DNA of 64,000 bases from Squalus acanthias (taxonomy: Eukaryota). A program made the position numbers and the translations under genes. The notes under the pieces were generated by a model. It had not been told where the DNA came from. It worked only from the letters and a program-made list of their open reading frames with translations, and ran no database searches. Of this stretch, positions 48,751-62,539 are shown piece after piece; within the stretch, counting starts at the first letter, position 1, and each line of letters begins with the position of its first letter. The stretch covers positions 131,504,001 to 131,568,000 of the forward strand of contig CM059432.1 in the NCBI GenBank assembly GCA_030390025.1, in the 5' to 3' direction.

Positions 48751-49429
48751 AGAAACTTAATTCCCTCCTCCATTCAGAATTTTTTTCGAAGCAACTTGGC
48801 TAACTTTTTGTGGTAAAGTTTTTTTTTGTTCATGTCTTTAAAAATGTTTTAGTATCTTGGGGTGGGGGTTAAGAATGTATACTTAATTTGGGTGGGGGGA
48901 GAAAAGAAAGGTGAACTCTGTTGGGTGTGTGGGCGGCAGTGAGCAGTTCCTGGAGTGCTTCAAAATGGACTCTTGGTTGAGAGAGGCTCACCTGCACTGG
49001 GCGTGTCAACCCTTTGCTGCACCTTTTTAGCAATATAAAGTTATTGTGCAAGTCAGATATGTTTTAACAGGTTGCCTATTTTCAGCCAATAACATTAACC
49101 GGAATCTCACCGTTTTTTGGACATTTATATTTGCAATTTTTAATATAAGACAGTTACAATTTTATTGTATAACCTTGAAAAAGAGACAAACTTTCATAAA
49201 TAAACACTTTGCAGCATATGCTTGGAGTAAGGATTTTTGTCCTGGACAATATTTATCCTACAACCAACATCACTAAAACAGAATTATCTGGCCATTATCG
49301 CATTGCAATTTGTGGGACCTTGCTGTGTGCAAAATAGGCTGCTGCATTTCCTACATTACGACAGTGACTATACTTCAAAAGTAATTCATTGGCTGTAAAG
49401 GGCTTTGGGACATCTTGAGGTAGTGAAAG

Positions 49430-50956
49430 TCTATTTCCACCTCTAACATTGCTCATCTCTGACCCTACCTCAGCTCATCTGCTGCTGAAACCCTCATCCA
49501 TTTTTCATGTTTCCACATGTATGCTGGCGACGCCCACCTCTACCTCCCCACTGCCTCTCACGACCCATCCACGGTCTCTAAATTGTCTAACTGCTTGTCC
49601 AATATCCAGTATTGGATGAGCAGAAATTTCCTCCAACTAAGTATTGGGAAGACCAAAGCCCTTATCTTCGGTCCCTGCCACAAACTCTGTTCCCTAGCCA
49701 CTGACTCATCCCTCTTCCTGGCAACTGTCTGAGGTCGAACAAGACTGTTCGCAACCTCGGTGTCGTATTTGACCCCGAGATGAGATGAGCTACCGACCAC
49801 CTATCCGTGCCATCACAAAGTCTGCCTATTTCCACCTCCGTAACATTGCCTGACTCCGCCCATGCCTCATATCATCTGCTGCTGAAACCCTCATCCGGGC
49901 CTTTGTTACCTCTAAACTTGACTATTGCAACGCACTCCTAGCCGGCCTCTCATCTTCCACCCTCGGTAAACTTGAGGTCATCCAAAACTCTGCTGTCTGT
50001 GTCCTAACTCGCACCAAGTCCCGTTCACCCTCCATGGTCTCGCCCCTCCTTATCTCTGTAAGCTCCTCCAGCCCTATAACCCTTCAAGATCTCTGCGCTC
50101 CTCCAATTCTGGCCTCTTGCTCATCCCTGATTTTAATTGCTCCACCATTGGCGGCCATGCCTTCAGCTGCCAAAACCCCAAGCTATGGAATTCCCTCCCT
50201 AAACCTCTCTGCCTTTCTCACCTCCTTTTAAGACGCTCGTTAAAACCTACCTCTTTGACCAAGCTATTGGTCATCTGCCCTAATATCTCCTCCTGTGGTT
50301 CGGTGTCAAATTTTGTTTGATAATCGCTCCCGAGCAGCTCCTTGGGACATTTTACTACGTTAAAGGCGCTATATAAATATAAGTTGTTGTTGAAACCCTC
50401 ATCCATGGCTTTGTTGCCTCTAGCCTCAGGACTATTCCAGTGCATTCCTGGGCGGCTTCCCACCTTGCACCCTGCATAAACATGAGCTCATCCAAAATTC
50501 TACTGCCTGTATCCTAACTAGCACCAAGTCTCGCTCACCCATCATCCCTGTGCTCGATGATCGACATTGGCTCCCGGTCTGGCAATGTCACAGTTTAAAA
50601 ATTCTCATCATTGTTTTCAAATCCCTCCATGGCTTTGCCCCTCCTTATCTCTGTAACTTCCCCCAGCCTTACACCCCTCCTTATCTCTGCAATCCTCCAA
50701 TTTTGGCCCTTTGCGCATCCCCGATTTTCTTTGCGCCGCCATTGGCAGCTGTGCCTTTAGCTGCCTAGGCCCTAAGCTGTGGAATTCCATCGGTGGACCT
50801 CTCCGCCCCTCTGCCTCTATTTGCTCCTTTAAGACACTCCTTAAAACCTACCTCTGACCACCCGTCCTAATATCTCTATGTGGCTCGGTGTCAGTTTGCT
50901 CCTGTGAAGCACCTTGGGATATGTTCAAGGAGCTATATAAATGCAAGTTGTTGTTG
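49430..50956 (+). mobile_element. Cluster of L2 3' fragments in DSP intron 1
   Basis: HMYAGDAHLY...WMSRNFLQL; two L2 tails near 50370 and 50940. Confidence 0.8.
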
Positions 50957-51632
50957 CATAAATGCAAGTCATTTTTCTTCCTTTCTCTCTTGTTTTTTGT
51001 GGGGGAAGGGAGAACTCCTGCAAATTACTGACCCATCTTAGCGCTTTTTAAATACTGACGTTCTGAGGGATGTCGTCCCCACTAATGATAGAGAGACTAC
51101 GTCAGCTAACAAAAGGAAAGCAGTGTCATCTTTGTAGATTTATTTTTAAAGTAACATGCTACTAAGCCCACAATTAGAGTAAGATGAGGATCATTCAGAA
51201 ATCTGATGAGCTTGGGTTTCCCCCGGGATCTTCCAACCTATCATTCCTCCCCCCCCCCCCCCCAACCCCCAACCCCCCAGTTTGAAAACCGATGGCTGAG
51301 AGATTTATTAACCCCTGAACTCAACTATTTTTCCCAAGTGGCTGTTTGTAAAATGTTTAATTTTTCTCAGCTAAAATATGGTTCGGTGTTTTAAGTAGAT
51401 ACTGTGCACAACTACTACATGTATCTTTTGAACTACAGTATTCAGAATTTATTTTAGTATAACTCTTTCTAATATTTTAAGTGCTAACAACTCCATGAGT
51501 TCTCCTGACATATTGGGATTGCAATGTACCAATGTGTAGAACTACAACTGTACGTTTACAGTACAGAATCAACTGATTTTGATACATAAACACATGTACT
51601 TATACTGCGCACACTTTGTTTTTCTTTCACAG

Positions 51633-51729
51633 TAATATGGATTCGCCAAAAAAACGGCATAGTGAGATCCTTGGGATGACTGAAGAGTGTTCGATGAACC
51701 TCCTTCGGGCAGAGAAACTGCTTCACCAG
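51633..51729 (+). CDS. DSP: Desmoplakin coding exon 2
   Basis: ttctttcacag| ... |GTAAAT; NMDSPKKRHSEILGMTEECSMNLLRAEKLLHQ resembles human DSP QNCSDCLMRAELIVQ; phase 2 to 0. Confidence 0.88.
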
Positions 51730-52091
51730 GTAAATTCTTACTCAAATTAAAAACAAAGATTATTAAGGTGCAATAACACCTTTCATTGCATGTTACAGCA
51801 AATCGTAATGTTCATATGCCTGCAGTCTCAATGTAACAAAGGTCAAAAATGATTTACAAATGTACTCTTGTTAAAATAAAAATCCTACCATTAAAGCATG
51901 TGATCCTTCATATTGAGCTTAGGGTTTTCTGTTTTCAGTGTCATTTTTAAAAATAATTTCTTCCAATAACTATGTATCAGTTTCATTTTAACTTTGTAAT
52001 CTCATGCAGTTTCAAGTTTCCCTTAATTAGACCTATGATACAATTCACACATATTGACTTTACAGCTATTACTATGCCATGTGGCGCTACT

Positions 52092-52277
52092 GGGGTAGAA
52101 ATTTGTCTTAGCAGTAGTGCAAAATGGGTGGTATTGCATCAGCCGCTTGTTCTACGCCCTGCCCGCTACTCAGTTTCACTGACTTCAATAGAATTGTATA
52201 TCGGGCGGTGCGTATAACAGGTGGCCGATGAGATAATGCCTGTTTGTGCTGCCGCACAAGACTAATGTCTACCCCCC
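52092..52277. mobile_element. Short fold-back MITE (Harbinger-like)
   Basis: GGGGTAGAAATTTGTCTT...AAGACTAATGTCTACCCC; imperfect palindrome along its whole length; flanked by ACT/ACT. Confidence 0.7.
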
Positions 52278-52389
52278 ACTAAATCTGCAAAATGATTGAT
52301 TTATTAAACGTTGGCATAATATATAATTCAAAACATTCTTGATGTACTGTAGTCGGAAGTGGTTTTCTCATTAGCATTTCTGTCCAAAT

Positions 52390-55210
52390 TCTGAGGGGGG
52401 TTGACCGGGTGGATGCTGAGAGGATGTTTCCCCTAGTGGGGGTATCTAGAACTAGGGGGCATGGTTTCAGAATAAGGGGACGCCCATTTAAGATGGAGAT
52501 GAGGAGGAATTTCTTCTCTGAGGGTCGTGAATCTTTGGAATTCTCTACCCCAGAGAGCTGTGGAGGCGGAGTCATTGAATATATTCAAGGTGGAGATTGA
52601 CAGACATTTGAACTACAAGGGAGTCGAGAGGTATGGGGAGAGAGCGGGAAAGTGGTGTTGAGGCCAAGATTGGATAAGCCATGATCTTACTGAATGACGG
52701 AGCAGGCCCGAGGGGCTGATTGGCCTACTCCTGCTCCTGTTTCTTATGTTCTTGGGTACCATCTACAGGCTGCACTGCATCAACTCACTAAGTGTGCTTC
52801 AATAGCACCTCCTGGCCCTGTGACTTCTATCACCAAGAAGGATAAGAACAGCAATGTCATGGGAACAATGGCACTTCCAAGTTGGACATATATCACTGTT
52901 CCTTCTTCCTCGCTGGGTCAAAATCTTCAATTCCCTACCTAACGCCATCATGGGAGAACCATCATCATAAAAACCACAGTGGTTCAAGTAGGCCCATCCT
53001 CACTTTCTTGGGCCACCTAACGATGGGTAGTAGATGTGGGCTTTTGCCAGTGTTGTCCACATCCTGAGAACAAATAATTAAAAACAAAATTAGAATTTGA
53101 GAAAAGCCAGTTAGAAGTGAATCTAGGAAGAAGTTGTTCACATAAAGGGTTGCGAGAGCGTGGAACAGACTGCCCTGGGAGGTCATAGATGCAAAGTCGT
53201 TTGATATGTTTAAAAGGAATATAGATACTTAGTTGGATATGGGTATGAAGGGATATGGAGAAAAGGCAAGGAATTTGCATTAAAAAGATAACGTCATAGT
53301 TTCGATGCATCTAATTCCCGACTTTTTTTTTTCCTTTTGCTCCTATGTTGTAATGTGGCATTAATAAGGCCTGTACTTATTCAAATTTCAGACATCTAGA
53401 ATGAGGGCAGTGGGTTTGACGTTAAGGAAATGGCAGAGCCAACAGAAATCATTACAACAGAATAAATTTAGATCTGGAATTGACCCATGGAACAATAATG
53501 TACTAGATCCATACTCAATAAATTCACCATTTTGGCCATCTAACATGAGTTGAAGGAAGATTTGGAAATGGACTCAACTTGCACTGCACTCACAGAAAGT
53601 GAGATTTACAGTCACTTTTAATATGTGGCACATGGTGGCTAAGGGTTACATAGAAAATACAGCACAGAAACAGGCCATTTGGCCCAGCCAGTCTATGCCA
53701 GCCTTTATGCTCCACTCGAGCCTCCTCCCATCCTTCCTCATCTAACACTATCAGCATAACTCTATTCCCTGCTCCCTCATATGCTTATCTAGTTTCCCCT
53801 TAATGCATCTATACTAGGTTTTTTGCTATTGTTTTCTCCTTTTTTCCATCCTTGTCTTCTACCAAAGATGTTCAGTCATGCTGGTGTGTGGTTCCACGGA
53901 TGCAGGATGCCCTCTAGTACCTGACCCGAGGCCTTTTCTCACATGAGCCTAGACAATTCGGCCCTGAAATTCAGCGGCTGTTCTCAATCTTCTGTCGTTA
54001 CTTTGGTAGGAGTGCAGCGAAACCTCCGGAGAAATGCTATTAATGGCTATTTATACCGTTTCTCTGAGAATCTGTCAGTTTCTCACCAGAGCTTACTGCG
54101 GGAGACTGGAACTACTACAGAGCGATAGCTAGGCCTTAATTTTAACAGGTTGTTAACTGTGGAGACACCCTGACCACAACCAAGCTCGAACCTGTCCTAC
54201 TGCAGCATCCATAAATGTGCACTTACAGCAGGGATTACTGGTAGCCGTCATGGGTGGGAATCTTAGCTGATTATTTTCTCCTTATCCCAGGATATAAGGC
54301 AGTACTCCTGCTGTCCTGGCTATGATCAGCAAATTCATCGCAAACTGGAAATTGAACCCGGGATCATCTTGTCTGTGTAGCCCGCCTTCATCCTTTTGTG
54401 TTGTAGCTTCTGGGTATGTTGTGTACAGCATAACGTTGAAATTGCAGTTTGATTCAAGTTGAGGGCTTGGTGCTATTTTATTTCAAGCAGCATAGCTCCG
54501 GAGTAGATAGTTGCAATTCCATCGAGGCATTCCTCAACTTTCAGTCATTGCACATATATCTAGCTTTCCTATGCAGTTGCCTTTGTTTACTAAGGCTATG
54601 CCTCACCACCCCCTCCTGCCACTAGAACAGTGGTATACAAAAACAAAGGACAATTTCATTTACCTCTTCTGCTCTCCCTGGGCGAACAGTGTGTTTTTAT
54701 CAATGGGGGGGAAACCCACATTTAAAACACACAAGTATACTGTAGCTTTCAATAGAAACACAGCTGAATTGTCCTCTCAAAGAATTAAAATGAGGTCAGG
54801 TTGCATAAACTTGGTTTGTATTCCCTTGAGTTTAGAAGGTTGAGGGGTGATCTAATCAATTTCTTTGAAATGATAAAAGGAGTTGATTGGTTAGATACAG
54901 ATAAACTATTTCCTCTGGTGGGGTAATCCAGAATAAGGAGGCATTATCTTAAAATTAGAGCTAAACCATTTAGGAGTGAAATCAGGTCGCACATTTTTAA
55001 CACACGGTAGTGGAAATCTGGAACTCATTCCCTCAAAAGGCTGTGGATGCAGAGCCAAGACTGAGATCGCTAGATTTTTTGTTCGTTAAGGGTATCAAGG
55101 GATACAGAGCAAAAGCAGGTAATTGGAGTTGAAGTACAAATGAGCCATGATCTAACTGAATAGATGAACAGGCTTGAGGGACTGAATGACCTACTCCTGT
55201 TCCAATGTCT
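52390..55210. mobile_element. Several short CR1/LINE 3' fragments (about 52390-52752 +, 52760-53070 +, 53100-53350 +, 53650-53815 -, 54790-55210 +)
   Basis: Similarity to the 3' ends of the longer LINE copies in this window. Confidence 0.75.
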
Positions 55211-56582
55211 TCTAGTGCTGCATGTTGGCGGATATCTTTCTCTTGTTGATGAAATTAAATCCTTTCCTACACTCCTAAATTCTGATGCAAAACTGCATTT
55301 TGTTCAGTAATTTTATGCTAAGTACTGCTTATTGTTTTGGGAACTGCGGTATTTTTTTGTGGTCTCTTATGGTTTCGAACTTATGTGTTAAACCTAATTT
55401 CTGAGTAACGTTCTGCAATCTCCTTTCCTGTTGTTTCACTATTTACTTTCTGGTAAAGATCACAAACCATTTTAGTTGCATGAATTATTAATTCATACAC
55501 GGGAGCACTACTCTCAAACTGGTTGAACAGGATTACCGCATTCCTTTCAAAGCTAGCCATCATAAGCACTAGGGGAAAGAGCCTTTTGTATCTTCTTTAC
55601 AATGACTGTTTTCTAGTTTAATAATGAAGCGAACAATATTTGAAAGTTGATTCTTTCTGTTTTTATTTGTGACATCAACCGCAGATTGAAGCTTTTGATA
55701 CCGCTGCCATGGTTATTGATGACATTGTGTGTGGGGAAAGCTAAGTGATAGGAATAATACTCATGGCTTGATGTGTACAAAGCCCCATTGGGCTCTGGAA
55801 GGGAAATTTCCACTATCGGTGCGACATGAAACTTTGTGCTGTGTAGAAAATTCGGCCATTATATGACAGTAACAATTTTCTGAGGAAATATAGTGGCTAT
55901 AATTATTGTGTAGCTAAATTATACAATATCGCTTTGTACATAAATGGAGTTGTGTAAAAGTGGGCTTGCAAATTTTTTGTTCGTTAGCATAAAGAATTTC
56001 TCTGTATAAAGCTTTAGACGGGCTTCACTCATGTCTGGCCCTAAATAATGTAGGTACAGCAGTGTAATGGTTATGGTACCGAACTAACTTTAACTCTTTA
56101 TGGCGCTCTTGGGATAGCCCAGTCTAATATCTCCCATTTTTGGATGTAAGTTATATAGTGGAGCGTCAACTTTAGTAAAGAGCATGAGGAAGCACTACCT
56201 CCACCTTGTTGTAATGAAGTGCAAATTGTGATGTATACGAACTACAGTTGTGCCTAATTTGAGAAATAATCGTCATTGTATGTGGTATATAAATGGTAAC
56301 TATTATATTCATAGGTTCAATAATTGATACTGTACATAGAAACGCTTTGCACAAAATACATCATGCATTCAAATTAAATTACTTTGTCCTTTTATTTTAG
56401 CTGAAGCATTAACTTGTCATGTTAAAACATTTAAATAATTTTGTACAGAGACATTAGATATTTGTAAAGTGATGCCTTATTTTGTTGTTTGAACTGAGGA
56501 CCTGACTCTGCTTACATTGGAACAGAATTATGCTTGGTTATAACCTTCAAATGCCATTTTTTTTCTCCTACTATTATACCAG

Positions 56583-56734
56583 GATTTGAATGCTTTCAAT
56601 ATTGGTCAGCCTGGGCGATACAGATCAGAAATTGATGAGGTGTTAAGAGTGGCTGGTCAGCAGCTAGCATCAATTGAATACTTTATTGACGATCTAAGGC
56701 GTAATGGGAAGCCTTTTGAATCAATCCAAAAAAA
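56583..56734 (+). CDS. DSP: Desmoplakin coding exon 3
   Basis: ccag| ... |GTAAGG; DLNAFNIGQPGRYRSEIDEVLRVAGQQLASIEYFIDDLRRNGKPFESIQK resembles RELDECFAQANDQMEILDSLIREMRQMGQPCDAYQK; phase 0 to 2. Confidence 0.88.
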
Positions 56735-56789
56735 GTAAGGAAAATTACTTCTATTCCAGTTTAAACTGAAATTTAGTGGAGATCTGTTT

Positions 56790-57452
56790 TGAAACATAGG
56801 AATAGGAGTCTGCCTTTCAGCCCTTTGAGCCTGTTCCGCCATTCAGTTAGATCATGGTTGATCTGTAACTCAACTCCATTTAGCTGCCGTTGTTCCATAT
56901 CTCTTGATTCCCTGAGTATCCAAAAATCTATCAACCTCTGTCTTGAATATATTCAACGACTGAGCATCCACACTCCTCTGGGGTAGAGAATTCCAAAGAT
57001 TCACAACCCTTTGAGTGAAGAAATTTCTCCTCATCTCAGTCCTAAATGGCTGATCCCTTATTTTGAGACTGGCCCCTAGTTTTAGACTGCCCAGCCAGGG
57101 AAAACATCCTCACAGCATCTACTCTGCCAAGCCTTTTAAGAGTTTTATATGTTTCAATGAGATCACCTCTCATTCTTCTAAACTCTAGGGGATATAGGCC
57201 TAGTCTACTCAATATCTGCTCATGGGACAATCCCCTCATCCCAGGAATCAGTCTGGTGAACCTTTGTTGCACTCCCTCTAAGGCAAGAATATCCTTCCTT
57301 GGGTAAGGAGACCAAAACTGTACACCATACTCCAGGTGTTGTCTCACCAAGGCTCTATATAATTGTAATAAGACTTCTTGTACTCCAATCCCTTTGTAAT
57401 AAAGGCTAACGTACCATTTGCTTTCCTAATTGCTAGCTGAACCTGCATGTTA
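56790..57452 (-). mobile_element. CR1 3' fragment
   Basis: ORF 57042-57350 VRQHLEYGVQFWSP. Confidence 0.88.
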
Positions 57453-58005
57453 ATCTATTTGCTTGTTGAGCTGATTTAAAAGAAAATAATCATTGATTAA
57501 CTGTAAAGACTATCAACAGTCAAAATATGACAGGTCAAAATGTAGTTGTTTATATTCCCACTACCTTTTTTAGTAGCCCTACACTGTGTAATGAAACAAT
57601 ACATGGATAGTTAAATGAATGTCAAACAACAGAAAGAGAAAATGTCATTCTGTAATTATGGACTATTTATGAAGTACCACTGTCGACAAACTTCATTTTG
57701 TCAAAATAAAGACTTGCATTTATATAGCGACCACCGGACGTCCCAAAGCGCTTCACAGCCAATGAATTACTTTTTGAAGTGTAATGTAGGAAATGCGGCA
57801 GCCAATTTGCGCACAGCAAGCTCACATAAACAACAATGTGATAATGACCAGATAATCTGTCAGGAAAATTTTATCAAAATCAGGTGACTTATTAATACTA
57901 AAATGAAAAGAAATTGCATGAGAAAGATTTCAATAGACACTGCCTTGTTTTTAGGAAACAAAATGATTCCAAACTCCTTGTTTCCCCTCCTCCCTCCCTC
58001 CCTTA

Positions 58006-58008
<3 letters not shown>

Positions 58009-58072
<64 letters not shown>
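58009..58072. repeat. (CT)n microsatellite, about 32 units
   Basis: Seen directly. Confidence 0.98.
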
Positions 58073-58077
<5 letters not shown>

Positions 58078-58354
58078 GCTTGTACCACCCCCCCTCCCTC
58101 ACTTTCTCTCTCCTCTACCCCCATTGTCTCAGGCTATTTTCTGCAGGCGGTTTTATTAGTAATTGCTTTGGCCAAATTGAAAGACACAATATATTGGGTT
58201 GTGGACCAATCATGAACATTTTATGTTTGTCTTGTTTTGTAAGCTAAAAAATACTATGTAAGGGATATATAGTTAGATTTTCCACCCATTAACTATGAAT
58301 CAATGGAGAATGTAACCTTTAAGTCTGCATGTAAAAGAGAAGGTATGTCAGAGT

Positions 58355-60600
58355 CATAACGACACAGAAGGAGGCCATTCGGCCCATTAAGTCCGTGTCT
58401 GCTCTCTGTAGAGCAATCCAGTCAGTCCCATTCCCCCGTTCGTAGCCCTGCAAGTTTATTTCGCTCAAGTGCCTATCCAGTCTCCCCTTGAAAACATTGA
58501 GTGTCTCCGCTTCCACCACTTCCGTCGGCAACGAATTCCAGGTCATCACCATTCGTTGTGTAAAAAATCTTTTCCTCACGTCCCCCCTGTATCTCTTGCC
58601 AAAGTCCAAAGATGTGCGGGTTAGGTTGATTTGGCTATGATAAATTGACCCTTAGTGTTAGGGGGGATTAAATACGTGGGGTTACAGGGATAGGGTGGGA
58701 TATGTGTCGGTGCAGGCTCGATGGGCCGAAATGGCCTCTATCTACACTGTGGGGATTCTGTGATTGCCCAAAACCTTAAATCTGTGTCCCCTAGTCCTTG
58801 TGCCATCAACTAGTGGGAACAGCCTTTCCCCGTCTAGCCTATCCAAACCTGTCATAATCTTGTACACCTCTATCAAATCACCCCTCAACCTCTTTTGCTC
58901 TAATGAAAACAAATCCAGCTTCTCCAACCTGTCCTTGTAGCTAAGATCCACCATCCCCAGAACCATTCTGGTAAATCTCCTCTGCACCCTCTCAAGGACC
59001 TTCACATCCTTCCTAAAGTGTGGTGACCAGAACTGGATGCAATACTCCAGTTGTGGCCTAACCAGCGCTTTATAAAGGTTCAGCATAACTTCTCTACTTT
59101 TGTACTCAATACCTCTATTTATGAAGCCCAAGATCCCATATGCTTTGTTAACCACTCTCTCAATATGTCCTGCCACCTTCAGGGACCTATGCACATTAAC
59201 TTCCAGGTCCCTCTGTCCCTGCACACTCTTTAAAACTGTGCCATTAAGTGTATATTGCCTCTCTCTGTTCCTTCTGCCAAAATGCATCACCTCACACTTC
59301 TCTGTATTAAATTCCATCTGCCACTTGTCTGCCCATTCTGCTAGCCTTTCTGTGTCCTGTTGCAGTCGATTGATAACATCATCACTGTTTGCCACACCCC
59401 CAAATTTGGTGTCATTGGCAAATTTAGAAATTCTACTCTGTATTCCAATATCTAGGTCATTTATCAAAAAAAGCAGTGGCCCCAGCACTGACCCTTGGGG
59501 AACACCACTGTCTACCATCCTCCAGTCTGAATAACAGCCATTTACCACAACTCACTGTTTTCTGTCCTTAAGCCAATTCCTTATCCAAGCTGCCACTGAC
59601 CCACCTATTCCATGAGCCTCAATTTTGTTAACCATCCTTCTATGTGGTACTTTGTCAAAGGCCTTTCGAAAATCCATATAGACAACATCCATTGCATTCC
59701 CTTCATCAATCCTCTGTATTCATCAAAAAATTCAATTAGATTAGTCAAACACGATCTGCCTTTTACAAACCTGTGTTGGCTCTCCTTAATTAGCTTAAAC
59801 CTCTCCAAATGCCCGCTAATTTTTTCCTTGCTTATTGTTTCTAAAACTTTACCCACCACTGATGTTAAATTGACTGGCCTGTAGTTACTAGGATTGTCCT
59901 TACACCCTTTCTTGAACAATGGTGTCACATTTGCCACTTTCCAATCCTCCGGCACCTCCCCCGCATCTAGGGAAGATTGGAAAATTATGGCAAGCCCTTC
60001 TGCTATCTCCTCCCCCAATTCCCTTAGCAACCTGGGATGCAAGCCATCTAGACCAGGCGACTTGTCCACTCTAAGCATACCCAGCCTTTCTCGTACACCC
60101 TGTCCATCAATTTTCACCCCTTCCATTGCTTCTACCTTTTCCACTTCTACCGATTTATTTTGTCAGCATCCATCTCCTTAGTAAACACCGATACAAAGTA
60201 CTCATTGAGTATTCTAGCCTTGTCCTGCGCCTCTAAGCATATATGACCTCCTTTGTCTCTAATAGGCCCCACCCTGCCTCTTACTACCCGCTTATTGTTT
60301 ACATGCCGGTAGAAGATTTTTGGGTTCCCTTTTATGTTAACCGCCATTCTACTCTCATATTCTCTCTTTGCCAATCTTATTTTCATCTTCACATCCCCTC
60401 TCAACTTATTGTATTTGGTCTGATTCTCCCTTGAAGAATTCACCTGACATGCATCATACACCCTTTTTTTTTTGTTTCATCATCTTCTCTATCTCCCTCG
60501 TTATCCAAGGAGCCCTTTGGTTCCCTTACCCTTCCCTCTTGTTGGAATGTACCTCGCCTGTACTTGGAACATCTCCTCCTGAAAGATCACCCATTGTTCC
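58355..60600 (-). mobile_element. CR1 LINE RT region, interrupted by a SINE at 58604-58765
   Basis: ORFs 60147-60461, 59605-60144, 58742-59548 and 58319-58609. Confidence 0.9.
58604..58765 (+). mobile_element. 5'-truncated HE1-like SINE
   Basis: gtccaaagatgtgcgggttaggttgatttggctatgataaattgaccc matches the 44531-44971 copy. Confidence 0.85.
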
Positions 60601-62087
60601 GTTACAGTTATCAAGATATTCCAAAAGAGTAAAAATTACTGTTAATGGTTGGTTAGCTACTGGACTAATGAGTCTGAATGATGAAGCTTGTGAATTCTGA
60701 AAGTTCTTCTTCATAAACGCCTTTATCCACCTACAAATAGGTAGCAATGTACCTGGGTGATCGCCAGCATCTTAATTGATTTTGAGATAGTGAGGTTTGC
60801 TACACAATATCAGGACAGTTTTATTGACATAGACATAAGGCAAATTAAACAGCACACAATGCAGGAAAGATCATGGACAGCAACCTTTTTAACAATTTGT
60901 CTTGATCTTGATGCCAAACTGTTTAGCTATTATGTGGTTTCAAGTTAACACTAGCTATCTTAATTCTGTTGCTTGTTAAGCTAACTACAGGACAGAGACA
61001 ACTTCATCTTGTGAATGTGTTAAAATGATTTTCTTCGTTTCTTTGGCACTCAAAAGAAACTCTTCTCTCTTGTCCCTCTGACTACCCATTTAAGATCAGG
61101 CACTCATTGTGGGAGAGATCCAATCTGTCGCTATGATGGAACTTGTTAATAAATTAGTGTTCTATAGCACCAAATCATTCTAGGAGCCTGCCATAAATAG
61201 AAACAATTACATTGAGCACAACCCTGAAATAAAAAAAAAGTGGTGTAAATTTACTATTATAATAATGGCCATATTCTATACAGGAAGATAATAAATTGGT
61301 GAGCTTTGGAAATAGAAGTTTGAGAAGATCATTGAGGACCTGACTCTGGATGTCAGTCCTTTTAATGTCTCTGTGTAACTTGCAGTGCATTAATTCTATT
61401 CAGAAATGAGGATTCTACAGTGTCATAATATTGATTATATGCTGATGCCCTTTGGGGTCAATTTTAACCCCTCTCACCCAGCGAGAATGATGCGTAGGGG
61501 TGGTTAAGATCAGGCCAAGTCCACTTATCGGCCTGCGTCGCTCCATTCCTGTCTGGCAAGATCTTGGCTTCACGAGCTTTGAAGACGGCCGAGGCACCCG
61601 CTGCAGGCAAGCAAGGGCCCAATTTAAATTTAAAGTCGTGGCCCAATGACGTCATCAGTGCCATGACATGATTTCTGTTTTTTTAACTTGAGGTGGCCTG
61701 CCAAGGCCACCTGGCACGATGCAGCAGAGTAGCCAAAAGAGGCCAAGATAAGTAAGATTTTTTATTTTTCGTTCGGAATCCTTGGGAGCCAGGAGGAGCT
61801 GGAAGTAATCCTGGGGCCTCTCTCGCCCCAGCCCTGGAAGGCGGGCTCTGTAATGATCCTCCCCACCCGATCCTCCTCTTTGTGTTCCGCAATGTTTTGT
61901 ACCCAGACATTAAAGGTGACAATCAACTCCATGAAGTTGCTTCTTATTTATTACAGCGAGAGTTAAATCCACGTGATAAAACTTGTGTGGATAATGCACA
62001 CACATGCCAAAGCTGATATTTTAGTTTGTTGGTATCCTCTTCAGTTATATCTGTTCAGTATTTAATATCTTTGAAACTCTTATGCAG

Positions 62088-62271
62088 TGTGCATCATCTT
62101 CGTGATCAGATGCTTGCCATTTCAAATGCTATCAATGAGCGATACGCCGACCGAACGATTGACCGGACCAGGTCAATGCGGCATCTCACTACCCGGAAAT
62201 CCAGAGATTCCTGGGATGAAGGGCTTTTAAGGTCTACTAATGAGCTGTTCAGCTGGTTAAAACAGCAAAAG
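62088..62271 (+). CDS. DSP: Desmoplakin coding exon 4
   Basis: atgcag| ... AAG|GTAAGC; VHHLRDQMLAISNAI...SWDEGLLRSTNELFSWLKQQK resembles LLQLQEQMRALYKAI...GWDEFTKHVTSECLGWMRQQR; phase 2 to 0. Confidence 0.9.
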
Positions 62272-62539
62272 GTAAGCCAAGTCACACTTTAAAAAAAAAA
62301 AAAAAAAATTTTTTTTTTAAAAATCATTGAAATATTTACAAAATAATGAAAAGGAGAACTGGCCTTTTAAAATTCAGGTTTTTATTAATATTTCCATTTT
62401 AATTTCTTAATTTTTCCAGTTTTCTGTCCTTTCTCCAGGTGTAACAGTTACGCACCACGCCCCTTTTGATTTTTGAAGAATAGTACACCAGGGATAATGT
62501 TCAGGAATTAATCTTAACAGATATAGGGATGAATAAATC

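Noticed and set aside
57860..58247. ORFs with ER/SL repeats
   Set aside because: Translations of the (CT)n microsatellite.
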